This document shows positions 12,780 to 26,300 of a stretch of 64,000 nt of DNA, in pieces. The DNA is from Glaucostegus cemiculus (taxonomy: Eukaryota). The notes below the pieces were generated by a model. The model saw nothing but the letters and a program-made list of their open reading frames with translations, did not search any database and had not been told where the DNA came from. Every line of letters begins with the position of its first letter. The first letter of the stretch is position 1. The translations under genes were made by a program, and so were the position numbers. The stretch is taken from assembly GCA_976551045.1 (NCBI GenBank), contig CDPCPM010000050.1, positions 12,524,001 through 12,588,000 of the forward strand, written 5' to 3'.

Positions 12780-14195
12780 AGGATATCACCTTCCAAAATT
12801 CCATAGTTACTGGAATAGTTCCACAGACTAGAAGCCAGCAAATGTCACCCCCATTATTTAAGAAGAGTGGGAGAAAGAAAACCGGGAATGATAGACCAGT
12901 TAACGGGACATCAGTAGAAGGGAAAACACTAGAATCTATTATTGAGGAAGTGGTAACAGGGCACTTAAAAAATAGGGCAGAGGCAACATATGAGGGAAAC
13001 CATGCTTGACAAATCTGCTTTTTGAGGTTGTAACTGGCAGATCAAATGGATGTGGTATAGTTGGATTTTCAGAAAAGGGTTCTACACAAGGTCATTAAAC
13101 AAAATTAGTGCACATTAATATATTGATTAATGAACAGAAGGCACAGGATGGGAATAAACTGGTTATATTCAGTTTGGGAGGTTTTGACTAGTAAAGTGTT
13201 GCAGGGTTCCATGCTGGGGTCCCAGCTATTCACAATCTCTATTAATACTGTGGTATTAACACTTTGGGTATTAAAATGTGATATATCCAAGTTTGTAGCT
13301 GATACAAAGATGGATGGCATTATATATTATGAGATGAAAGCAAAGCAGTTTTGAGGGGACAGGAGGTGGTGGTTGTATAAAGGCAGGTGGTATGGGTGAG
13401 GGCATGGATGATGGAATACAGTATGGGAAAATGTGAGGTCATCTACTTCAGTAGGAAAAAGAAAGGTAAAGCATTTCTTAAATGGTGAGAGATAGAAAGA
13501 TGTTGATGTTCAGAGAGACCTGGAAGTTGTTGTACATAAATCCCTGTAAATCAATGTGAAGGTACAACAAGCAATTAGGAAGGCAAATAATATGACAGTC
13601 TTTATTGCAAGAGGATTTGAGTATAATAGCAAAGATATTTTACTATATTAACGTAAAGTTCTGGTGAATCTGCACCTGGAATAATGTGTACAGATCTGTT
13701 TCCCTGTTTAAGGCAGGATATACTGTATGAGATTAATTCCTGACGTGAGGGGATTATGGGATAAAGGGATTACTGCATGAGTGGAGATAAGCAGAATTTC
13801 CCTATGTGCTCTAGAGTTGAGAAGAATGGAAAGTGATCTCATTGAAGCATATAACGTTTATGCAGAGTAGAGGGGCTGGATGCAGGGATAATGTTTCCCC
13901 TGGCTGGATTGTCTAGAATCAAGGGTCAGGGTCTCATAATAAGAGATTAGACATTCAGAGCTAAGAAGAGATTTTTTCAGAGAGCAATGAATCTTTGGGG
14001 TTCTCTACCCATGATCTGTGGAAGCACAATTGCTCAATGTATTTGAGGTAATGATTGTTATCTTTTTATTAAGAGAATTGAAGGATATTGGGTTGGTAGG
14101 TGAATGTAGCGTTGAGGTAAAATATCAGCCATGAACTTATTGAGGGGTGGAGCAGGCCTAGTGAAGGGGTACTGAGTGTCCTACTCCTATTTCTT
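12780..14195 (+). mobile_element. Degraded CR1-clade LINE (RT to 3' tail)
   Basis: PLFKKSGRKKTGNDRPV..SVEGKTLESII, VLQGSMLGSQLFTI, ISKFVADTKMDG; tail cagccatgaacttattgaggggtggagcagg..ctactcctatttctt. Confidence 0.85.
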
Positions 14196-14704
14196 AATGT
14201 CTTCTCATCAGACAAAATTTGATACCAACCCAGAAAAGAATGTAATAGAAAAGCTTGGTTAAAGATAAGGTTTTTAAAGGATGTCTTCTTGGAGGACCAA
14301 GAAGCAGAGGGGTGGTGTGATATAGGGGGTGAATTCTGCAGCTTTGAATGAGCTCAAGTTCACATTGGGTGGAAGATGGGAGGTTAACCATGAAGGTTAA
14401 GTTGGTGAAAGTGGCAAATGTAGTGATTTTGCCTGCAGGTGAGCTGAGGAATTGACTGAGTTGGACAATATTGTGACAGTGGGAATAAGTAGTCTTGGGA
14501 CTGGACCATCGTCAGATGGTCACTTGGGGTCAACCACATCACCAAAGTTGTGAATGGTTGTGTTCAGTTCCAAATATGTAACAAGAGGATGGAGACAGTG
14601 GCTAGGGAACAGAGTTTATGATGCATTATTACAATGGATAGAAACAGTCAATCACAATTGGCTCTGGCCACTAATCTTGTACTAATTCAGATCTTAAATC
14701 AAAC

Positions 14705-14866
14705 GTGTATTGTGCTCAGTTCTGGTCACCTCACTACAGGAAAGATGTGGAAGCCATAGAGAGGGTGCAGAGGAGGTTTACAAGGATGCTGCCTGGAATG
14801 CGGAGCATGCCTTATGAGAGCAGGTTGCGGGAACTTGGCCTTTTTTCCTTAAGGAGGATGAGAGGG
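14705..14866 (+). mobile_element. Short, relatively young CR1 ORF2 fragment
   Basis: YCAQFWSPHYRKDVEAIERVQRRFTRMLPGM..YESRLRELGLFSL. Confidence 0.9.
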
Positions 14867-15634
14867 AGTGAATGCATCAAAGTTGTGGGCAGTTCTTTTT
14901 AAAAATCAGTTTACTTTATTAAAGTAGTTTAGGAATTGCAATGTTAATCAACAAATTGTGATCTAAAAATCAATTTTGCTGTTGATTAGAAAGGATGAAC
15001 TGTAAAATATCCCAAATGTTTAAATGTTCTCATTGAACATTCTATTTTAATACTTTTAATATATGTCTATAAAATTATTTTGAAACTTAAAATAATTCAA
15101 AATTTCTCCATAAATCATAATGCATTGTTTGGTTCTAATGCAACAGCTAAATTAGTAGCATCAGTCTCGATATAATACATTATATTTGAGTAATTATAAA
15201 GCATTGTTTTAAAGGTTTGTTTAAGTGATCAGTAAACATTTAAAATTAATGACAAATCATTTATGTATGCAAACTGCATTTCAAAATATGCTTGCTTAGT
15301 CTTGCAGCTAAATGATAATGAAGCAAAGAATATCAAACCTACATCATGATTGTGACCTATGCATGTTATGTATTGTAAACTATATAAATGAAATATTTGT
15401 CAAATTGAGATTAATGCAGAGTGTGCTGTTTTTAAAACATATGCAGTACATATGCTATTAATCTTATTCATCTCCACGACTGCCTGAATTTTATGAAACA
15501 TTATTATGACTTATCATAAGCAGTGTGAAGTGATTTTTTTTTTACAACTGTCTTGAGCATGTTGGTAATTGGGCATAACCTGTGTACAGTGAGATGTATC
15601 TGTTGACCTTGTAGCGATGATTTTAAATTTCTGT

Positions 15635-16530
15635 AAAAAATAACATTATTTATAAAGCACCTTTAACGTAGCAAAGTGGTGCATTGCACTTCACAGGAGT
15701 TATCAAAACACAATTTAGTGTCATATAATGAGGCATTGGAGTAGATGAGCAGTGGTGATTAAAACGTTGGGGTAAGAGAGGGGAGAAGTCTGTGCTGAGA
15801 ATCAGAATCAGTTTTTATTGTCACTACAATATACACATTCAGTATGCCTAGGAGCAAAATACTGTACTCCACAGGTCAAGATGCTTGTCACATTAAAAAA
15901 ACAAACAACGAGAGAAACAATGAGAGAATTTTGGAGATGATGATTTGGTGGCTGGAGATGAGGCTGCCTTTGGTAGAGTAATTTCATTTAGGATTGAGAG
16001 TAAAATTGAAGGAGTACAGATGTTGTAGAAGGCTGTAGGGGTTGGATAGATCACTGATGGGGAGGGGCAAGGCCAGGGAGAGACTTGTAAACCAATGTAA
16101 GTATTTTAAAATTGAGAAGTTTCTTAATTTTGAACCAGTGTAGGTTAGTGAGCTCAGGGGTGATGGGTGAACATGACTTGTTGCTAATCAGAATATGGGC
16201 AGTGTTTTGGAATGTCCTTAAATTTACAAAGGGTAGAGCAAGGAAGGGCTTGCTAAAATCTAGTCAAGTAATCAGTCTAAAGTTACCAGATGTGGTTCAG
16301 AGTTTGTGTACAAATAGAGGCCAGCATGGAGTGGGGCAATATCATGGAAGTAGAGGTCTTGTTGATGGCTTAAATATTTGGTCAGGAACTCATGCAAAGG
16401 TCAATATGACATCAGTGCTGTGTCCTGATTCAGTTTCAGAACTTTTTTTTAGGAAGAGGAATGGAATGGGTTGTTCATTAAGCGAGTTTGTGCTGTGCTG
16501 AAAACAATGGCTTCATTCTTTGTTGTATTT
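15635..16530 (-). mobile_element. Old L2-like LINE 3' remnant (related piece at ~14200-14620), interrupted by an (AGAATC)n-tailed fragment at 15798-15910
   Basis: Begins tttataaagcacctttaacgtagcaaag, resembling the reverse of an L2/DeuSINE-type tail, followed by purine-rich antisense RT remnants. Boundaries approximate. Confidence 0.5.
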
Positions 16531-16768
16531 AGCTCCTAATATAAAATGTAGCAGCTAATCTTAAAGGCCTGCTATCTTTACTAAAACACCATTTTTATAA
16601 CCATTTCTTTTAAAAGCACTTGTTTTATTAATGAACTTAATCATTCATTTGATTCAATTAAATGATTCAACAGAACTAATGTTTCTTTTGTTGAAAATTA
16701 CAATTTAATTTAATTTACTCATTATGGATGGTGATGCATTTATGCTATTTTTCTTTACCATTTGGTCG

Positions 16769-16891
16769 ATGGAACATCAAAGGCATGCACAGGAGAAACA
16801 GCTGAGGGAGGAAGCAGAAAGAGCAAAGGATGAACTGCAACACCGATTATTGCCTTTTCAGGATGAGGCACAGTTAGCAAATGAGGCTTTG
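16769..16891 (+). pseudogene. NF2: NF2-like exon 11 (123 nt): [41 protein letters not shown]
   Basis: Matches [41 protein letters not shown]. Acceptor is CG (16767-16768); donor GTAATT is intact. Confidence 0.93.
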
Positions 16892-17004
16892 GTAATTAAC
16901 ATTGTTAGTAGATAAAGTGATACCATTTCAATAAAAATCTTGACTGTATTTCTACTTCTGAATAAACAGCCAGCAATTATACCTGAGGATTTACCTGTCA
17001 TTAG

Positions 17005-17216
17005 CTATCTGAAGAAACAGCAGCCTTACGTGCAGCAAAGGCACAGGTTGCAGAAGAGCAGGCCAAGTTATTGGCCCAGAAGGCAGCAGAGGCTGAGCAA
17101 GAGATGCACAGATTGAAAGTTGCAGTTTTGAGAACAAAGGAAGAAAGACTGATGGAGCAGGAAGTGTTGGAGGCTGAGGTGGTTGTGCTTAAAGTGGTTG
17201 AAGAATCTGAGAGGCA
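17005..17216 (+). pseudogene. NF2: NF2-like exon 12 (212 nt): [70 protein letters not shown]
   Basis: Coiled-coil match to human exon 12 ([15 protein letters not shown] is identical). AG/GT intact, phase-2 end, two codons shorter than human, preceded by a 113-nt intron. Confidence 0.93.
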
Positions 17217-18289
17217 GTAAATGGTTTGTTCATTGTGATAAAATCCGTTTAACAGTGGTGCACATTGTTGATTGTCAGATTCTGTATCAGCAAAATGAAA
17301 TCTGAGCAGAGGTTATTATTCTTAACCTGTTCACAAATCTAACGGGTCATTTTCAGTGGTTGTACTGCTAGGGGCTAAAAGCTTATCCTACAAAAGTTTA
17401 AATAATATCTGTCAGACCGCTCCATTCTCATTCTTTTGCTGTGTGCCTGTTCATATGAATTGATTGCAATGAAAACAACAGTAAATTCTTTTCGATTTTA
17501 AGAAACTAAGAATATACTTAGAGCAAAACTAAATTCTGTTAGCCTTCAATTCATACCATCCATGTTGTGGTTACAGTTTGCCATCCTTCATGATGAGATG
17601 GGTTTGGTTAACTGATAGTCAGAACAAAGACATTGGCTTAGATGTTTATCTCACTGCAGGCTGAAAAAGATTGAGAGTTGGTGATGGGGAGGAATTAATA
17701 AGGGAAACATGACTCCAACATGAAATGTACGTGAGTGCCAACTTGAAAGTTATTAGTGCTGCACAGCTTTCCCTGGCATTGACATCCTTCCTCCCTGAAT
17801 CTCCATGATAAGGATTGCTGGGGATCATACCCATAGCCACAGCATGGTGCCTCTGATAATATCTTCCCCACCACACCCTGGCTGTCCCCACAGCATTTTA
17901 CATATTAGCCACACATCTATTTTGTGAATGAAAACAAGAGGTTTGGTAGGAGCTCTGTGTGTTTGGCTTCGTCAGGTTCTTCCCAAGAACATTGTCATGT
18001 TGTTGCTTGTTTATTTGTAAAACCTTTTTTAAACCAATCATTTATTAGATTTGAAATTTATTGTGATATAGTCTATAGATGTTGAAGGATCATGTGAACT
18101 CTGAGGCCACTTTTATCATTATGTAATATTGTTAAGTGAATAACTTCCTTTGTATCTATTTTGCATTCAAGTTCTTCTCGTAACATTTTTATCATTTTCA
18201 ATGCAATACTCGATTACATGCTTAAAGTGAAAGATAAATTATGTTTTAAAGAAACAGCTTATCCCATGTCATTCTCTTTGGTTTGATAG

Positions 18290-18395
18290 AGCAAACAAAA
18301 TTGAGCAATTGAAGCAAGATTTGCAGGATGCACTGGAATCTGAGCATAAGTCCAAACAAAGACTTGTGGAGATCACCAACAAGTCTTTATACATG
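18290..18395 (+). pseudogene. NF2: NF2-like exon 13 (106 nt): ANKIEQLKQDLQDALESEHKSKQRLVEITNKSLYM
   Basis: Matches [35 protein letters not shown] with the same length and phase; AG/GT intact. Confidence 0.9.
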
Positions 18396-18439
18396 GTACA
18401 GACTTATTATTTTCTTTATTGATGCATAACTTAATATTA

Positions 18440-18800
18440 AAGGCTGTAGTGCCCTTGCAGTGCAACTGCATTTCCATTCATTCAGCATCCAAAGCACCTA
18501 CTCCAAGTGAAACAATGATTTACTTGCACCTATTTCAATTTGGAACACTTGATTCATGAATTATAATGTCTCCTTTGTGTTGAGGAGACCAAAAGCAGAT
18601 TAGGTAAGCATATGTGCAATGCTACTATGAGTTTCTGTTTGCCAGTGACCTCTCAGTCCCATTATGATCTCTGTCTTTGGTTGACAACAGTGCTCTAAAG
18701 AAAATCAATTTCATCTCAAGATTCAGCAGCTCATCTTCTGACAAAGCAGTTACAGCCATCTAGGAGCCAAATTGAGTTCAGTATATTCAGGTAATGATTC
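18440..18800 (+). mobile_element. Penelope-like GIY-YIG remnant
   Basis: ccaagtgaaacaatgatttacttgcacc and gaggagaccaaaagcagattagg resemble QV..xFTC and GETKxRLG coding sequence. Confidence 0.5.
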
Positions 18801-18814
18801 TGTGGCTTCCTGTT

Positions 18815-19135
18815 CTCCTTGGGCAGTCCTTTAGGTCAAGGATGACTTGTTTCCACTCCACTTCTGTGATTTTGGATGTGGTTGAAAAATCCTATTTTAG
18901 ATCTGCCACGAATGATGCATAATGGGGTAGGTAGGTGGGTTGTTTAGGATTTTGTGCATACGTGACCTTCATGTGCTCATGACCAGAGACTTGAGGTGCC
19001 CAGTTTTGGATGTTCTTCCTTCATTTTGAGTAGTCAGAGGCCAGGGATTCCAATGATTGGTAAGATGTTTTTAGTGAGACATTTAGAATGTTTTTGAAGT
19101 ATTTTCTGCATTCTCCTGGAAATCTGTTGCCTTAA
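18815..19135 (-). mobile_element. RTE-clade LINE 3' remnant
   Basis: Reverse translation GNRFPGECRKYFKNILNVSLK..LESLASDYSK*RKNI resembles the RTE C-terminal G.R..G..RKRFKD.LK.SLK..E.LA.DR..WR motif. Confidence 0.6.
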
Positions 19136-19261
19136 CCAAGCTGTTTTATTAATATTTTGATGAAAAACCATTGACTTGTTTTGTTTCTGCACAGTTTCTC
19201 CCTAATCTACTGAATATTTTCAGCATTTACATTTTTAATTTGCATTTACAGTTTGCCTTTC

Positions 19262-19590
19262 TTGCACTTTCAGGGCATCTCAAAGCATTTTAACAGGCAA
19301 TGTGATACTTTTCAACACTTGAAGTGTTCAGACATATTACACTGCCTGTAAAATGCTTTCATACCTTGGGAAATGTGGCAGTTTGGGCAATTTACAGAGT
19401 AAAGAGTGGGAGAGCTCTCTTTACTCTGGTTGTCCCTAGATGCCATCACTAAAACAGACTGGTCATAATCACATTCCTCTTGGAATGCATGCAATTTTTT
19501 TTCTCCATTTCCTACATTACATTCCAGACAAATTTTGAGAATACTCATTTGGCTGTAAAGCACTTTAGAACATCCCGATATCATGATAGA
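19262..19590. mobile_element. DeuSINE/L2-tail-like remnants in both orientations, containing a long palindrome
   Basis: cagggcatctcaaagcattttaacaggcaatg (minus) and ttggctgtaaagcactttagaacatcc (plus). Confidence 0.5.
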
Positions 19591-19619
19591 GTCCCTTTGG
19601 TGGGAGTATACAATCCTTG

Positions 19620-20095
19620 AGGCACAGAAATAGGGCATCCGGCCCACCAGTTCTGTGCTGGCTATTAGTAGAGCAATACGTGCAATTCCACTCCCCCTAC
19701 TCTTTCCCTGTAGCCCTATAAATTGTCATTTACCTACCTGATTTTGTTTTAAAGCTCTGATCTCTCTATACACCACCCGTACACAGTGAACTCCAGACTG
19801 TAGCAGCTCTTCAATGTTCTCAACAAGCATATTTACTTGCAACCCCTCGTCTTCTGCCCGTCACTTTGAATCTGTGACTCCTGGTGCTTGAATTGTATAA
19901 TAATGGGAAAAGCTACTCTCTTTACCCTATCTAAACCAGCTATGATCATGTACACCTCTATCATATATCCTTTCAAATTTTTCTTACTCCAAGGAGAAAT
20001 ACTATGGCATCTTCAATCTAATCTTGGGGGTTAATCCCTCATTCCTGGAATCACTGAACTGAATTTCTTTGGCACCCTCTCCAGGTCATTTAGAG
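19620..20095 (-). mobile_element. CR1 3' remnant
   Basis: gcacagaaatagggcatccggcccacc tail and antisense ORF2 remnants (taccctatctaaacc..tacacctctatc). Confidence 0.65.
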
Positions 20096-20099
20096 GAGG

Positions 20100-21110
20100 G
20101 CTCCCACAACTACCTTGACTACGCTTCCTTCTACTCCACCTGCTGTAAGTATTCATTCTCACAGTTTCTCTAGCTCTTCTGTATTTTGCCTGATCAACCC
20201 CTCCCACACTGGTGCTTCTGAGATGTCTTACCTGCTGCTTAACTATGATTTCCTCTTCACCACAGTTGACAGGGCTCTCAGCCAGACCTATTCCATTCCC
20301 GTACTATTCGCCTCTCACTCCCTGTCTTACCAGCCAAAGCAAGGATTGGATTACCCTTCCGTGGCACTGTCCTCCATTTTTACTGGACCATCTCCCTAAA
20401 TTACGACCAACTTTAACAGACACCTGCACCTTGCTGCTCCACTTTCAGCATTCCAGAGGGGTTGTTCCCCTGTGACTCCTTGGTTCATACTCCCATCCCC
20501 TCCAACACCCACTCCTTTTCTCATGACACCTTCACGTCCAATCACAGGAAACACAACCCCTGCCCTTTTACCTGTTCCCACCCTACTGTCCAAGGACTCA
20601 GATGTTCATAGAAAATAGAATTACACTGCATAGAAATGGGCCTTTTCAGCTCCCCTTATCCTTACCGATCATGGTGCCTATCTGTGCTGATGCCATTTGC
20701 ATGCATCAAGCCTGTATCCCTCCTATGACTTTCCTATCTAAGTACCTGTCCAAATATCTTTTAAATGGTGTAAATGTATTTGGCTCTCCTACCTCTTCTG
20801 CCAGCTTGTTCCAGATAACTACTACCCTCTGAGTGGAAAAACCTTGCCCCTCAGATCGCCTTCAAATTTCTCCCTCTCGTCTTAAATCTGTGCCCTCTAG
20901 TTCTAACCCTCATACCCTGGGGGAAAAGACCCTGACTATCTATGCCTCTCATAATTTTATAAACCTCCTGAGGTTGCCCCTCAGCATCCCACGTTCTAAT
21001 GAGAATAAACCCGGCCTATCCAATCTCTCCAAACCACAGCCTTCCATTCCAGGCAACATCCTTCCAGGTGAGGCAGCAATTCACTTGTACTCTATCCAAT
21101 TTGGTTTCCA
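20100..21110 (+). mobile_element. Penelope-like RT-C/GIY-YIG remnant split by a minus-strand CR1 3' fragment (~20607-21060)
   Basis: HNYLDY..CK..SQFL-like coding remnant up to gtccaaggactcag, resuming after the CR1 piece with ttccaggtgaggcagcaattcacttgtac (FQVRQQFTC). Confidence 0.65.
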
Positions 21111-22198
21111 GGTATCAATATTTATAAGTGTTCAATTTTATGATTTTCATTAACACAATCGACTCTATAACGTACATGTCCTTTATTTATGATGCTTTTT
21201 TTATTTTTACGGTAAATGATCCTTAATATTAGGAAGCTCAAAGATAATATTTCAGTATTAACATTAAGTGGCAATTGAAATCCCTGACATCATTGGTCTT
21301 TGGAAATTGAGTTCTTATGGTTGTAGAAGAATGTTGCCCCTAGACATGAATCATGTTTTAAGAAAGACGAGAACAGGGAAAAAAAAAGGGTAAGCATGTG
21401 ATAAAAAGGTGAGAATCAATTGCATGTGCCCCTTAAGTTTAATGCTTCAGGAAAAAGCAAGATGGTGAGACTTTAAGGAACACAGGGGATGGGGATGTGT
21501 GAAAGAATGTGCATTTCAAAGATTATATAATTTTGTTTCCCTTCCCCTTCAATAAATGATATTGTGTGAAGATTAACCTGGTCAACAGAGCCTTATTATC
21601 AACGATAGCTCTAGACATCTGGTAAAGTTGTATCCAGGTAGCATTACTCCCTCACAAACACACATTCCTTTGCTGTTACAATCCATGAACCCAAGTGCTA
21701 CTGCTTAATTGAAGGCTGCCACATGTAATGAGATGTGTCACGTCAGAGTCCAGCATCAATGACAAACCCACCATTCATGGAATTTAGAAGAGGTACAATA
21801 TCAAGATTCACATGGACTTAGTCGGTGCCACTTTGGATGATGTAAATGCTACAATGAATGGTATATGGAGCAAGTTATGGCCAAGAAGATATTGTCAAAT
21901 TGGGAGATGAAACTTGCATTCATTGTCTGTCAGTCCCCATCCTTGACAGACATTTGCTTTGTTCTCTCCACCTCTGCCCCTTCTCTGCAATTTTCCCCTG
22001 TTCTCATGAAAAGTATTGGCCTGACCTCCTCAGTAGTCTGTTATTTCAGAACCCTACCAATGCAATCTGCTTCAAAAATTTAGTTTTGTTGCATCAAGCA
22101 AACCACAGTTCATTATTTACATAAATGTTTTGCACATTAAAATTAGATTTACTTAAATATTGAATAGAATAAGAGCTTTATTTACAATTATCTTACAG

Positions 22199-22326
22199 CC
22201 CTTAGATTCAAGCACAACTTACATGCCAACGGAATTCCCAAGCCTTAACTTTGAAACTGAGAACTTCTCATTTGATTTCAAGGACACTGACATAAAACTG
22301 CTTTCCGTGGAGATAGAAAAAGAAAA
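22199..22326 (+). pseudogene. NF2: NF2-like exon 14 (128 nt): PLDSSTTYMPTEFPSLNFETENFSFDFKDTDIKLLSVEIEKE
   Basis: Contains the merlin-specific SFDFKDTDxKxLSxEIEKE motif and has the same length as human. Donor mutated to ATGAGT (22327). Confidence 0.93.
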
Positions 22327-22639
22327 ATGAGTTTTGCCTTTATCTTGAATAGATGTCATAAACCCTTTGAGTAGTATTGAATGTAGTGAGCATCAAACAA
22401 AAGGTTTATAAATGACTGTTATTTTAATGTTGTTTGAAAGAAAAACCTAGCAGCTCTTTCTTTTGTGATTGAGAAATGGACCAAAATACACTCATGTCAG
22501 CCTGCTTAGTAAATGTACTTCATTAGTATTCTCTTGATGATGTCAGCAAAATACATTCTCTAGACCACTTTAGGGAGAAGTGCCTATATTCTGGATTTAA
22601 ATGAGAAAGCACTTGGAAAAACTTAACACCTGGAAGTAA

Positions 22640-23345
22640 GTATAGGTCATACTGCTTCACTGGATAAGATCGTTGCATTTCAATCCACTTTCCTGCCTGT
22701 TCCCTATCTCTCCCGATTCCCTTGAAATCCAAAAAATTATTAATCTTACTTGTGAATGTACTCAACTGAGCATCCACAGCCCTCTAGGGTGGGGAATTCA
22801 CAGCCCACTGTAAAGAAGTGACCGACCCCTTTTCCAGAACCTGTGCTGCCTAGTTCTATCTTAGCCTGAGGCAGCAACCCCTGAGAATCTACCTTCATTG
22901 TCCCTTTCAGAATCCTGCATGGTTCAAAGAAATTAGGACTTGTGTTCTATGGAGTTTAGAAGGAGGAAGGGTGATCTCATGAAAACATACAAGATGCTGA
23001 GGGAGTATGACAGGATAGATATGAAGACTTTTCCAACAGTGGGAGAATCTCGAACAAGGGAACATTGTTGCACAATTTGGGTTGGCCATTTAAAACAGAT
23101 GTGTAGGAACTACTTCTTGCAAAGGATGGTGAATCTTTGGAATTTGCTACCCTGGAGGCACACTCATTAGAAGTGCTTAAAGAGGAAATGGTTACTTTTT
23201 TGAATGATCAGAGAATTGAAGGCTATGGAGAACTGGTACAGAAGAGAAGATGAGGCCTGTAGCAGATAAGCCATGTTCATTACTGAATGGCAGACCAGGC
23301 TTGAGGAGCTGAATCGTCTGCTCCTGCTCTGATTTTTCTTATGTG
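22640..23345. mobile_element. Two CR1 3' ends back to back (minus ~22640-22930; plus ~22940-23345)
   Basis: The plus copy translates EFRRRKGDLMKTYKML..DRID..FP.VGESRTREH..FLQRMVNLWNLLP. The minus copy is an antisense tail. Confidence 0.75.
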
Positions 23346-26300
23346 CTTATCTACCCAGACTGGGAAAAGGTGGGAAGTTTCACAGGGATTGGTGGTGAGA
23401 CCACAGTTGTTCACAATTAATGCTAATAGTTTGAACTCTGGAAGTTAAAGTAACTGCCCAAATTTATAATTGATACCTATTTGGGTGCAGTTAATGCAAA
23501 GAAAGAATTCAATAAAATCCAGGGTGATATTAATGTGTGCAGAGTTGCTGTGTAAGTGGCAAATTAATTTTGGGATAGATGTCCAAGATGCATTTTGGAA
23601 GGAAAAATGAAAATGCCTCATACTGCATGGATGGGAGGAGGCTGAATAGAGTTGGGGAAAGTAAGTAAATACAAATATGGAGAGTATTTGGATCAGTAAG
23701 GCAATGGTAAAAGATGATAGAGGGATAACCTGAAAAGTGGGAAGTTGCATTACTCTTCTGTCAAGCCTGGCTTAGATTGCTTATGAGGTTCTGTGCATAG
23801 CTAAAACTACAAAACGTGTAAGGAGGAGCTAATGAAGATACCAAAAATGCTCACTGGTGACAACTGAAGAAATGTTTGTCAGGAAAGGCTGATTGGACTG
23901 GAGGTCTTTATAAGAAAGAAGGCCAAGAGCCACTGTGCAGAATGTATAGAAAATGTTTCCATTTGTGGAGAGTCCAAAACTAGATGTGATAAATTAAGAG
24001 TTGCTAATAAGTCAAAGTTGCAAGGAAACATTATAGATTGATTCATGGGAGAGGATGAGGATTGAGAAGGTGAGAGGAATTAAGCAATTTTGGGCAACGT
24101 TATATGAAATAGGGTGGGAGATGGAGAAGAAAACATCTCCTGTTCCTGTGTGATAGTCTACTTCATCACATTTTTTTAAAATTATCTTTTTCAAAAAGTA
24201 TTATTAACTGAGCTTTCACTTTTGTAAAAGACAACTGAATTTGCCTTGTTGAAATGATCATACTATGAACACTGCAAACATGCAACAATGTGAGCAATGC
24301 TAATTTTTTTTGTTTTTATTGAAATATTGAGTACAGAAAAGATTGTATGAGATCTTATATATAAAGAAAATCAAAAGCAGCAGAAAGGTTGAGGAAATGG
24401 ATAATAAAATATATTAGACAGCCAGCTGTTTTCTGAAAATGGAGTGTAGCCTTGAAAAATGTTATTTAGTTGGTGAAATGATCCAGAACTGGTTGTGATG
24501 GAATGGGGTCTGCATTATATGGCCTAGGCAGTTCCATGATTTACATTGCAGTGTTTCTTCCTTGGCCATTTTGGCTCAGCTGTTCCTTTGGCAGATCTGG
24601 ATTACTTGCTGTTGGAGTAGCCCTGCAGTTACTACATTCTTTGGATAAGGTTTCAGTATTTATGTTGTACAGTTTCTTCCGGTGGAAGAATTTGCCAATT
24701 AAGTTTATCTGAATTTTTATGCCAAATTTGTGTTTAATTGATCAAAACAGCTGCAAGCAGCTCGACTCATCTTTGGCTTTTCTGAGAAGTAAGGATTTAA
24801 CCTCTTTCTTTAAACTTGTCAGCTTGCTAGGAGGTGCTGTTCCAATCTGATATGACTGGGCTCTGTGTGTGATGATGGTGTGGGTGCAGGGAGCGTGGAA
24901 GTAGGATGGACAGGCATTGCTAATTAATTCCTACCCATGAAAAGTCTGTAAAATTTTGCCAACTCTCAGGCTGTGAATGTATAATATTCAAAAACTATTA
25001 AAAAATTGAAACAAGTATGATTAAAACATCTTAAATTATATTACTATAAAGCATTAAATATAAAGAAAATCTCAATCCATTAAAACAAAATGTAAATTTC
25101 TTATTTCTCTTCTCCCTCACAAACCAGAAGAGAAATTCCTTTCCAAACCAGTAAATGGGTTTGTATTCCTGGGCCAGATCTAAAATTTGGTGCAGATTCT
25201 GCAGGCAATTTTATTTCCCCAAGTATCTGTATATTGTCAAATAAATGAGGACCTGCAATTAATTCATGCCCCTCAGTGGACGCCATGATCATTTGAACTT
25301 GGAGCGCAGCCTAGAAATCACTGACTGTTATCTGGGCAGCAAATTTAGGACTTTTGCGTTTGTGATAGAATAACATTCTGTTGCCTACTAGGTGCAAATG
25401 CCAGCAATTTGACATGGAACTACTGGAATTTCCCAGCAAGTTTTGACCCAATATCATCATCCTAATTAAACTATCCAATCTAACTTTCATACTATGAATA
25501 CTATATATTTCATCTTTCCATTCATTCCAACTCAGTCATAAGATCTGGAGGTGATCTGCCACATATTTTATCTAATAAAATGTATTGAAACTGAAATTGT
25601 TTCAGTAGAAATAGGAAATTCAAAATCTAATGAAACACCTGTTCTGGCAGGAGCTAATTTGTTCATGGCCAAAGTTGAATTAGCATTTGATGATATGAAT
25701 GAAAATTAAATTTCATCTCCTGCTTGTGGTCGAAATAGTGAAGCTGGCAGGCCTCTATCATAATGGATTAGCAAACCTTCCTTTCACTTTTAATACCTGG
25801 GTCACAGCACAAAATTAATTTGACAGTTTTTGGCAATTTTCTGAAGAAGAGCTGGCATGAAGAATGGGCAAGTCACTTTGCTGCAGTAAAAGGTGCTTTT
25901 CAGAGACTGAACTTGTGACAAATTGTTGGGAGAGGGATGCAGAATCTTTACTTTCATGACATTGAATGTCAAACGTGGAATATGGTACTTCAACACTTCA
26001 CCTTAATGAAGGCTGTACCATTAATATGGGAGCAGCAAGTGTTTGTCTTGAGATCTCTTCTCGATAATTGCTATCTAAGGTTATTAATTGAAGGTTATTC
26101 CATTAAGAAGAGAGGCATTATTTAAAGAGTAAAGGTATGCAATGGTATTTCTGCCAATTATTCATGAATTCTTTGTTGTGAAGTAAAGAGTTGGTGATTA
26201 AAGCAGACATCACTTCAACATTTGGAGTATATCAGATAGGTGCTTGGAGCAAAGGAAGCAGGATTAAAATAGGAACATGGTCAGCACATGTCTGATATAA

